Positions 20,561 through 32,426 of a stretch of DNA of 64,000 nt are shown here, piece by piece (positions within the stretch are counted from its first letter, which is position 1; every line of letters begins with the position of its first letter). The notes under the pieces are model-generated. The model did no database searches, was not told where the DNA came from, and was given only the letters and a program-made list of their open reading frames with translations. The translations under genes and the position numbers were made by a program. This DNA is from the human T2T-CHM13v2.0 reference genome, Homo sapiens. The stretch is from NCBI RefSeq assembly GCF_009914755.1, contig NC_060925.1; one strand, 5' to 3'.

Positions 20561-21977
20561 CAATTAGAAGTTGTCATGGCAAAAGAAAACCACAGCTGGC
20601 CTGCCACAGCCAACACAAGAACCAGAAAATGGTAGATGAAATGAAGGAATAAAGGTGGGGTTTATTCCTTATTATAAAAGAAAAAAAATAATTCTTCAGC
20701 AGTCTTAACAAAGACATCAAGATACAAAATTACAAGTGTTTTGACTCCAGCCCTGTCCCCATCTCCTCCAAGAGCAGAGGTAGGAGACAGTTGAAGCAAA
20801 CAAGCAATTCTGTAAAAATTACCTAGAAACCCTACAAATTTGATTAAAATCTAAACTTCTATAATTTTGCTTTTTAAAAAATTTAATATCAAAAGGCCTG
20901 CTTTAGTGACATGCTATTCCTACCAGAAAATAACCCCAATACCCCCTCTGTCAGTAACATGCTCAAGTTGACCAGCCAACTCTTATCTCTAAACCTATGT
21001 GGACAAGTGTGTCTTTTAAACCAAAGCCACGGAGATCAAGTGACTGCTAGTAACGTGTTGTCTGTTAACTAATCCAGTGCCCACCTTCTCCAGAGGGTGG
21101 GCAGGGCAGAAACCCAAAAGGGTCTTGAGGGCCTAATCCCAGATCACCATCTAAGAACCACTTCCCTTGCTCTCTACTCAAAATGAGATGCTTTATTTCT
21201 AATCCGACTATTTGTCTCAAATTTGGTGCCCCGTGACCTGGATGGTTTTTTCCTTTAGCAAAACACACATAATCCACAAAACCATACATATAGTTTTTTG
21301 TCTTTACATTTAAATATAAAAATACTATTCTGCTTTGTGTGATAAATCAAGGACCAAGCAGTAAGAACCTTTTCTTCTTTCAAGGTAGGGATATCCATCA
21401 GTTTATACTAAGCTTCGTGTTCAGAGCAGGGCATTTAGTCCCAAGCCAGGCTAGTCCCACAAGCAAGAGACCAAAGCCATTCTCTCTGATTCCCAACCCC
21501 TACCTTCTCTCCTAATTCCCACTTTTAATAGAAAAGTTGGTTATAACTTTTTAAGAAAAGTTTCCACCACGAGGGCAAGTCCTAACCTAACCAGAGTACG
21601 TCAGGTCTTCCCCTTTCAGCTACCTGGAAGAAGAGACCCCCTTCTGCAAACGTGCTCTGTCCGGATAGCTACGCCTATTGGACAGGTGCACCCCATTAAA
21701 TGGAAGCAGTGGTTATGTCTCCCCACCCTCCTCCCCACTAATGCACTAAAAAGCTTCAGTGATAGGGAAAAAAAGGAGGGTAGGTGTGAAGAAATTAATA
21801 ACTTGACCCCTCTATCCCAGCCAAACAAAGAAAGCAAGATTAACTGGGCACATGGAATGAAAAAAACGACCTTGATATTCCACCCTTTGAGTTACAATCG
21901 GGACAACTGGGAGAGGGGGAAGAGTTGGAGTGGGATGAAGAACTAGGAGGGGCTCAACAGCTGGAGGTCTAGTCCAC

Positions 21978-22430
<453 letters not shown>

Positions 22431-22928
22431 TCAGTGGTGAGAACAGTGCCCGACAAGCAGTACAAAGTTACTGTTTGTTGAAAAGACTAATCATTTGAAA
22501 CTTTCTCCCCCTCATAAGCATTAAGCTTATCCACATGCCTGTATTGTTACTAATTTAGTTCTAAAAGATTTTCAAATGCATGAATTTGTCAACTTTTCCC
22601 TGTCACCATGACATATGTCACAAATATATATATCGATATATATTTATATAATGATATATGACTAATATATATTATATAAATTATAACAAATATTTATCAC
22701 TGTGAATCAGAAGTATTATTTGGTATTTTTCAAATAGGAACAAAATGAGAGAATGTGAAGGCAAGTGTCAACACCTAAAGTACGTCCAGACTGAGAAGTC
22801 AAGTTTACTCATCTTTGGCAAATATTTGCAAGTCATCCTGCAAAGGAGACTTTGCTGAGAGATTGCTAAGTCTCCTCCCAAGTTTTCTGCCACAGGAGAT
22901 TAAAGATGGCCCCAGCAGAAGGTACTCA

Positions 22929-23129
<201 letters not shown>

Positions 23130-23308
23130 CTAGAAACGAGAAGCTTGGCCATTAAAACAAAGCTAACTGCTCACTCCAACTCAGAATCTCCTAAACCTGT
23201 TCTCTTCTCACCTGTACTCCAACCCGTTCTTAGGTTTTGGGTTAGTGAGTGGTGTATCAGCAGCCCTTACTAGCAAAAGTCCTATGTACACCTACCTACC
23301 CTTCTTCA

Positions 23309-23491
<183 letters not shown>

Positions 23492-23787
23492 TCAAGAAAT
23501 CCAGAGAATCCCAAAGTCAGAGATCAGAAGGCCCTTAAGCCTTGCCCTCTTGAATCACTATCCTTGCCTTCATCTGCAGGTGCGGGGCAGGGGAGGGGCA
23601 ATAGGGGAGTTCCTCTTCACCACAGCTTCAGTGGGGCCAAACGTTCCCCCTAAAACCTTACTTTATATATTCATATCCATTTTTGGACTTTGGTGATGTG
23701 AGGGCTGTTTCGCCTTTACTGTATTATTTTGCTTCTTGATTCTGAAAGTCATTCCCATCCCTGGGAAGGGGCATTCCTGCACAGTTA

Positions 23788-23988
<201 letters not shown>

Positions 23989-24695
23989 TCAATAATACGC
24001 CATCAGGGATCTAAAGACATAGATGCTGAATACCGATGCTGATGGGAGAATAGTCCTTGGATTCTATACAACTGAGGTGTGCACTATGGTATGAACTGAC
24101 CCAGTATAGGCCTTCTTGGGATCACCGAGTCAGAAAAATGAGAGAAGCTGTTAATTGTACATCTGTAGGAAGACTCTGAAAGACTTCAGTTTTAACTAAA
24201 CTCAGTTACAACCAAGTCACATGGGAGTGGATTTAGAACAGGGCAACTTTCACCTTATCTGCATTCTGGCCACCTCCCAAGCACCAAATGCCAGGCACTT
24301 AACCCTCTATTCACAAGACAGCTGCTTCTGGTTGTCAGATTTATTCTTCATTTCTCAGGCACTTGGAGCCATTCTATAATTTTTGAGAAACATTTGTCCA
24401 TTGGTTTACATTTGTCCTGGCCTACATTCCAGGCAGGAAGGCTGTTACTGGGGACTCCAAGACCGGCAAACAGATCTGGACAAATCCAATGCTATTTTAT
24501 GCAACCAACAGAGAAGACCATAGAAAGATGGGCCATATTATCTCTTCCTCAAAGCAGAAGTTCAGGGAAAAGAATCACTCAGATTCTTAAAATAGTGCTG
24601 AAATTGCCTAGTCTTCCCAATGCTGATTTCAGAATGTCTTCTCCCTCCCCTTCACAGCATTCACAGATTGAGGAGGGGTATCCATAGCTGTGCTA

Positions 24696-24980
<285 letters not shown>

Positions 24981-26061
24981 TCATTAAGGTATAAATGCCA
25001 TCATTAATATGTATACCCTGGCACCTGTACCTGATCTTATAGCCCTTCCTATTTGAGTTCCAAGTAAGACCATTGTACCAATTCCTTAAAAGAAATATAT
25101 CAGATACTCCCTTCCCAAATGTCTTCCAGGAGACAAGCTGAAGCATTCTGTTATCACTACCATCCTATCAATCACTTAAAATATTGAGATAGTGAAGGAT
25201 TCTGATTCTTCCATTAGGTAATGTGTTGCATCCTTCTTATGCCCCCAGTGTATTCTGGCAAGTTATGTCCTTATTTTATAGATGAGGGAACAGACGACTA
25301 GCAGGATGACTTACTCTAGGATGCTCCCTTATCACCTATCCACCTTTCCCACTGTTTTGAAGGCTGCTTGGTCTCTCTAGCTGACTGAGTTCTCTGAAGG
25401 CAGAGACGAGACTCTCACTTTGTATCTTCAGTGTCTGTGCACTATCATCTGCCACATAGCAAGTACACAATATAGGCTTTGTATTATGATCATTCACTTA
25501 CTCAAAAAGGAAAAGTAAACTACCCTAAACTAGGTAGGATATGATACTTTCCTCTGGCCCCTTTCCAGAAGAGGGAAGACTATGGCTTGTTCTAGACTGA
25601 AAAATGAAGGTCACAACTATAATCTAACTGTAGCTCCTAGAGGGATACGCAATTAGTTTAAGAATTTCCAAAAGTGGCATCAACTAAAAATTAGTCCTAT
25701 TTAAAAACCATTGTAGAGCATTTGCTTCACATCTAGAAGCCAGTGATATGAGTATTAAACACAGTTTTCTAAGAGTTTGTAAACTAGATGGCATTCTCAG
25801 GTTAGAGCAGTGGTTTTCTGAGGGTGCCTTAGAGCCAGCTAAGTGGGGATGTCCAGGTCGGCAACCTCTAAGCCCCATGCCAACTCTCCATAAACCAGAC
25901 TTAGTTTTTCTTCAATACACTGGCCTACGTGCACAATTCCATTGAAATAAAGGGTTCCATCGTCGCTCTGCTTTGAGGCAGTGTAGGAGCTTAATGTTGA
26001 CTGAATAAAGTCTGAAAAGCCCTGCCTTAGAAAACCTTTACAAACAGAAGAAAGAGGCCTA

Positions 26062-26388
<327 letters not shown>

Positions 26389-27317
26389 TCAAGAAGGACG
26401 ACTGAATCAAAAGTCAGAGTGTAAGTGCCAACTCCTTCCCTTGTGGAAGTCAACACACAAAAAGTTATGTTTACTCACTCTTTCAGGGGGATTAGTTTTA
26501 TAGTAGGCAAAAATCTCCTTTATAATAGGCTGTAAAACTGATCACCACCTTTTGAAACAATTAACACAGATGCCTGCTAAAGAAAAGATCAGGCCCTTGG
26601 TAGTAACTCAATGCCTCTGCATCCCTGAGCTCACAGGCTTAAGTTCCACAGCTACTGCAGAACCCAGGCTTCCAAGCTAGAACTTATACTTGTGAGGACT
26701 AAGGTCTATTCCTTCAGTGTAGCTGAGGTTAACACTAAACTATCCAAATACTAAACTATCAGAGGAAACAAATCAAAACCAATACACAAATTTACAAAAC
26801 ATAGAACTTCTTCCAATATAAGTAAAATCCAGCCACAGAACAGGCTTGGCTTCCACAGTTTGTTTTTCTCTTTGTCTTTCATCCTAGCTGTGGTCTTAAC
26901 TCAAACCCACCGCCCCTCCCCACCAAAAGAAAACTCATTACACATTTAGATTTGAGGATGAAACAAGGTTACAATATATTTTTTTAGAAGGCTAGCAGTT
27001 TCCTACACAAAAGCTGATTCAAGCCAGATTCTAAGGGGAATGCTGCCATAATTTCCATAGGTCTCATGCAAAGTCTCACTTAAGATAGTGGGCAAGAATC
27101 ACAACATTATGGAATTCTACAAGACTTGTCAAGTAATTAGGAAATTTCCACTTCTAAATCAAAAAGATCTGGAAATTTAAAAGCCATGAGGCATACTAAT
27201 AACTGCCAGCCACTACCACAAAACCTCCGAAAGAAGAGAAACTCTCAAGCCACAACAGCCGAAGAGGAAACATTCTCTCTCTCCCTCCTCCCTCCGTGGA
27301 CCAGGGTGGCTAGAAAG

Positions 27318-27332
27318 GGAACACATTGTTCT
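27318..27332. promoter_or_regulatory. Glucocorticoid response element in GLUL intron 1
   Basis: GGAACAcatTGTTCT matches the GR palindrome RGAACAnnnTGTTCY. GS is a classic glucocorticoid-induced gene. Confidence 0.7.
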
Positions 27333-27559
27333 CCTCCAACGACTAGGGCAACGTTCTGAAGTACAGTGGCAAAGTTTCTACGGGCAACCGTCCATGTTTG
27401 CCCAGCTGAAAACATAACTGCTTCTCCCTCAGCCTCACCACCCTTCCCCTTGGGGAAGACCAACACCCCAATATTGCCTCTAGAAGACTCAGCCGGCCAA
27501 ATCCTACTTCCCACCTCCATCCCAGAACCCTTTAGCTCCCGCTAAAAGCTACAACCCAC

Positions 27560-27815
<256 letters not shown>

Positions 27816-28069
27816 CTACAACCCAATTTCTCGGCTGTCCTCTCCAACATGTTACACCACCAATATCATGCACACTTTGTCCTAAGCCTCAGTTTCGGAT
27901 CTCTTGCTCTTTTCCGTGAGCCGAGTTGCATGCCAGCAGCCTAGTGCCACTCTATCAACTGCTGCTGCTGCGGTGCCAAGTTTACGTGGGGGAAATGGAT
28001 TCTGAAGTTTTCAGCAGTTTCTGCAGCTCCCACCAACTCCGGGGTCGTCCTCCCTGCCCCCTCACTCAC

Positions 28070-28425
28070 CCCAGCCACAGAAAGTCAAGCGTATCGTTAG
28101 GGTTGCCCTCTTTAACCCTTCTCTTTTTGGAGTGGCGTTCGCGCCTCTCCTCTTTCTCAGACTCTAGCTGGTCCAAGCACCGGAGCTTTCTGGGAGAGGG
28201 CGATGGAGAAGGGGACAGACAGCGGCCGGCCCGGGGGGTGTCCGAACAGGCAGGTTGGTGGGTTAAGGTCTTAATCTTGACTCGAGATCTCTCCCCGGAG
28301 TTCACAGAGTAGGCGACGAAGCCGAAGCAGCTGGAGCGCGACCCGGAGGAGTCTGACTTCTCGTTGTCTTCATAATTTTCATTCGTTGCTTTCTTCGTGG
28401 ACTTGCGGCTGGGGGAGGATCCCCG
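28070..28425 (-). other. GLUL: GLUL alternative 5' leader cassette exon (356 nt)
   Basis: Consensus donor GG|gtgagt at 28069. The acceptor aag|cgggga at 28426 is weak (no good pyrimidine tract) and is assigned from my recollection of the long-leader GLUL transcript. Confidence 0.65.
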
Positions 28426-29251
28426 CTTCCCGCCCCCGAGGGAGTTATAATTATCCACTTTGAGAGCAGCCCCTTCCCACTGAAATGTCCCTAAAGTGGG
28501 CGCCCTGCCCCTCGGGCCCCCGTCCGAATCTCAGGGCCTCACGGAGGTGGCCATACCCTGCCGCCGAGGGGTTGGGGGGTCCGGGGGAGGGTGGGGGCGC
28601 AGGCCGTAGGGACTGCGCGCTGCTGCTGCCTCCGCCCGGACCGGCTTCTCCACTGACTGCGCCGAGGCCCGGGCTCTCCATTGTTCGGTCACATTGGAAG
28701 GCCCCCGGGACCCCGAGGCGGGAGCCGGCCGCCCAAACAACGCTCACCGTTACACGCCGCAATCGAGGCGTCTCAACCATCGCCAGAACCAGGACGATTG
28801 CTCCGAAGGCCCCACCACGAGGAAGGCAGCCAGGCGCCCGCGCCAACCAAGCGCCTTGTTTGCGCTCCACAGGGGACCGCACCGCCACTCCATCCACAGC
28901 GCAAACAAACCACTGCGAGCCCCAGGGCGCAGGCCGGCCCAACGGCCTCCAGGGGCGGCGCTTCGGCCGCAAGTAGTGAAAAGAAGATCAAAACAACTCA
29001 CCCCGCCCTTCCCAGAGCCTGGCCAAGGGCGCGCCCCACCAGCGCCAGCCCCGACGGGTCCAAGCCACCAGCGGCGGAAGCACGCGGGAGGAGCACTCAT
29101 GCCGGATCTCAGGCATGGGCCGGAGAGGCCGCAGCGTAGGGCTGGGACTGGAGGGGCAGGCAGCCGAAAAAAGAGGCTGGGCGGCGCGCCTCGCGGGGTA
29201 GCAGGGGCGGCGCGCCTCGCTTGCGTGACACCGGGCCGTCCGGGGGCTTAC

Positions 29252-29363
29252 CTGGTCGCCGAGCAGGCGGGCGGGTAAAGCTAGGCCGCGAGAGCGAGGT
29301 TAGGAGAGGAGAGGAGGCCGCAGTACTGCTCACACGCTCCGCTCTTCTCCCACTCTCGACTCT
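29252..29363 (-). other. GLUL: GLUL non-coding exon 1 (5' UTR); TSS approximate
   Basis: Strong donor CCAG|gtaagc at 29251. The start lies ~30 nt downstream of a GATAAA TATA-like box, and the sequence matches the GLUL mRNA leader as I recall it. Confidence 0.85.
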
Positions 29364-29600
29364 GCAGAGCCGCCAGCAGCCCCGCACCCTTTATCCGCGG
29401 CCCGGGGCCGCCCCCGGTGCCCTGATTGGCTCCCAGCGGCCAGGAGCCCGGGCCGATCAGCTGATGCGGTCCCGGGCCCCGCGGCCATTGGGCGAGGAGC
29501 CCGGCGGGCGCCGCTGGGGTGGGGGCAAGCGAACTGGGAAAGAAAGAAAGAAAGAGAAAGGGGCGTGGGGGAGGGGCAGGGCGGCGTGGGGGAAGGGAGC
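29364..29600 (-). promoter_or_regulatory. GLUL: GLUL core promoter
   Basis: GATAAA at 29390-29395; CCAAT boxes (plus-strand attgg at ~29425 and ~29487); GC boxes such as ggggcgg at ~29408-29414 and G-rich Sp/KLF-like runs at 29560-29600. Confidence 0.8.
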
Positions 29601-30476
29601 GGAGCCGGGAGGGCTGAGGGCAGAGGGGCGAGTTGCCGCCAGGCCGGGAAGCCTCGGCTCGCCGCCCACCCGCCAGCTCGCCAGGTGCCGCCCCACGGCC
29701 CCCAACCCGGGGTCCCGAGGCTCCCAGCAAAGCCCGCCCTGGACCTCTGCCCTGCCGCCTTCACGGGGAATAGTTTTACGAGGAGAGCTCCCTGGGGAAA
29801 TGCGGAACCAGGGAAACCGAATTTAGCCTTTTGTTGCGAGGGAGCCTCCGAGCCCCGCTTCCTGCGGGCAGGGGTTAGCTTGAGAGGGAGCGCGGGGCGC
29901 GGGACCCGAGGGAACTTTGGGCGGGCCTGGGCTAGGGCGGGTGCCGCGCGGGCCTGGGGACAGGCCGGGGTTCCCAAGGCCTGGAAGAGCCGCCCGCTCC
30001 GGCTCTCTTGGGTCTGGGGAAATAAACAGAACTCTGCCATTTCACATTTGAAATCAACGTGCTGTTTCTCTAATTTTACAGAGAGGATTCTGGAGGGCGG
30101 TAGAAACTAAGTCTGGAGACCTGTCTCATACTGCTGGCCAGACCCTAGGCAGGTCTTTCAGGGCCCAAGTTTCCTCATCTGCAAAATAAAGTGGTCATCG
30201 AAAATGACCTGTGGAGCCGCCCACTAGATTTGAAATTCTGTGTGCAAACTGCCCCCGGAGCAGCTGAAAGGAAATCGAGGTGTTCACTTGCCCCCTTTGA
30301 AGTCCAGGGATTGTCAAGAAATTCCTTTAACGAATTCTCCCTGATTTTGCTTTATCAAGTGCGGCTTCTTGTTAATCTGGAAAATGGGAATACATACCTC
30401 TCCTCTCAGCTTGCCGTGATGGTTGGGAAAATGTGTATGTGAACACAATATTGAAATGTACCTAGAGACACAACAT

Positions 30477-30502
30477 AGGTAGGTAGGTAGGTAGGTAGGT
30501 AG
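30477..30502 (+). repeat. (AGGT)n tetranucleotide repeat ~1.1 kb upstream of GLUL
   Basis: aggtaggtaggtaggtaggtaggtag. Confidence 0.9.
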
Positions 30503-31659
30503 ATACTGCTATCCGTACTATTACTCGATCATTCTATTTTTAGTGCCTGAAATCTACCTGATGGTGTCCAGATTTTATTGCTTCTTTCAGTTTAAAGAGC
30601 AAGAATTTATGCTTCCAGTGCCTTTGGAAGAGGAAGGGAAGAAGTTTGTTCTGGTTATGTTTTGTACCGCAAATGTGGAAAAGAAATGTTGCCTGCAACC
30701 ACACACACATAACTTGGCTTCTTTGGTCAACATCCCTTTCCTTTAAGAGTGTATAACACTGTAGTGCTTTTACATGACAGATGCAGCATTCATCTCAAAC
30801 AGGGTTTTTTGGGATGTTTCAGACTGGTGACATTTTGGATTGGGTAAGGTGCCTTACAAATTCCTTGTTAAATTTCAGTGCTGCCCCTTGAAGCATTACA
30901 TTGTGGTGGCTAAAGGCACGGCTGCAAGTCAGGTAAACCTAGGTTCAAATCTGGGCTTTCCCTTCATACCAGCTTTGTGTTGGCCAAATCACTTAGCCAC
31001 ATGAAGCCTGTTTCTTTGTCTATAATAAAAGAGGGATAATCATTTTTACCTCATAAAAGGATTAATTGTGATAGCACATGCAGAAGAGATTGAGTAGTCC
31101 TTGGTGCATCGTAAATGTTTAGAAAACAGCAATTATAATTATCATAGGCCAAGTTCTATAATCTGAGGTGATTGGATTCTTTCTTTCCCCATAGCGACTT
31201 TTGAATACAACTTTTCTGACTCAGTGTAATGCTTTACCATTCATTATATCAAACTGGACTTAACCTTGGTAACACAGTGAGCTGTCTTCATCTCTTTCTG
31301 TAAAGGTTTGAGTTTAAATGGTCGAGGAAGGGGAGCAAAGGAGGAGAAAAGTGATATTTTTATTTTAAAAGATGTTATTAATCATTTCCAGATACCAAAC
31401 TACCGAACCATAAGCCAGAGCCTCTGCTGCACACACCACCAGCCCCTGAGGTGGGGATGACAAACATAACAGAGAACGGAATGGTAAGGCGTGAGTGCGG
31501 TTCTGCAGGCTTATGGTATTTCTGCCATTTGAGTGCCTGCTTCCCTTCCTAGATGTCTTGACCTCATTGAGCAGTTTATTCATTGTCATATCCCCCAGTA
31601 GTGTCCACGGTGAGTGTTCAATAAATGATATTTGTTAACCACACAGAAGTGACAGCAGC

Positions 31660-32190
31660 ACCATCAAGAGAACATGTGCTTTGAGCTGCTTTTCCAAGAA
31701 TGGAAATGGATTTGCTTTGATCCATTCATGTGACCAGGGGCACGCTTTGTAAGGGTTAGGAACATAATACATGACCACTGACTCTTTCAGGAGTGAACAA
31801 GAGGCCTTGTCCTCCTTGGCCAGCCCCACATTTACTTAAAATGATGAAATTAGGGCGCAGATGAGTCCAAGAACTGACCAGGGAGGCTTGAGCATAGGCG
31901 AGAAGTAAAAGCAGAAGAAAACCCTTAACTGGTTCACCCGCAGAAACCCAGACTGTACTTTTAGAGAAGTTAAAAGTAAAACAGCCTGTTTCATCCAGTT
32001 TGACTTTGCTGTGTCTGCTGCCCTTTCTTCTCCTTCCCCTTCTTCCCTAAATTGCCACCCGCCCCCATTCTTCACCCCCACCATAAAAAGAGCATTAGAA
32101 TGCTTGAACCCATGAACTTTTCTGTTTCTTGGTACACACCATATCAGTGCTGACAAGGGGTTCCATTGCATGTGCTTTGAAGTCATATTT
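31660..32190. promoter_or_regulatory. Putative GLUL upstream enhancer (~-2.3 to -2.8 kb)
   Basis: STAT GAS site TTCCAAGAA (31692-31700) next to TCF/LEF site CTTTGAT (31715-31721); HNF4-like TGACTTTG (~32001); second CTTTGAA (~32175); non-repetitive context. Confidence 0.55.
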
Positions 32191-32388
32191 TTCTCTCTTA
32201 GAGTAGAATTGCCATGTCCAAGGGGTGGGTGGAGTGGGAGAGCAATTACAGGGAAAGATTTTGTTCCAAATCTGCAGAAATAGCCTGAGATTAAAAGTAT
32301 TTCTTCAATGTTGTTCTGCTGCCTGAAATAAAAGCTTTGTATTAGGATTTTGCTCTACTCCCAAATCTTATCTCTATTAGGAAACAAC

Positions 32389-32426
<38 letters not shown>

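Larger units (their letters stand above)
28040..30005. promoter_or_regulatory. CpG island over the GLUL promoter, exon 1 and proximal intron 1
   Basis: Visibly very high GC and CpG density compared with the CpG-depleted flanks. Confidence 0.92.

Noticed and set aside
21078-21103. 8-bp stem and CTCF-like motif in the GLUL 3' UTR
   Set aside because: The stem is short and the motif match imperfect; it cannot be distinguished from chance without conservation data.
22609-22700. AT-rich palindromes in the last GLUL intron (tgacatatgtca, atatatatcgatatatat)
   Set aside because: Low-complexity TA sequence is self-complementary by chance.
28451-30110. Long overlapping Pro/Gly/Arg/Ala-rich ORFs on both strands (up to 236 aa)
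   Set aside because: Expected from stop-codon scarcity in a CpG island; mostly non-ATG starts with no recognisable domain. Only the splice-linked frames were kept as findings.
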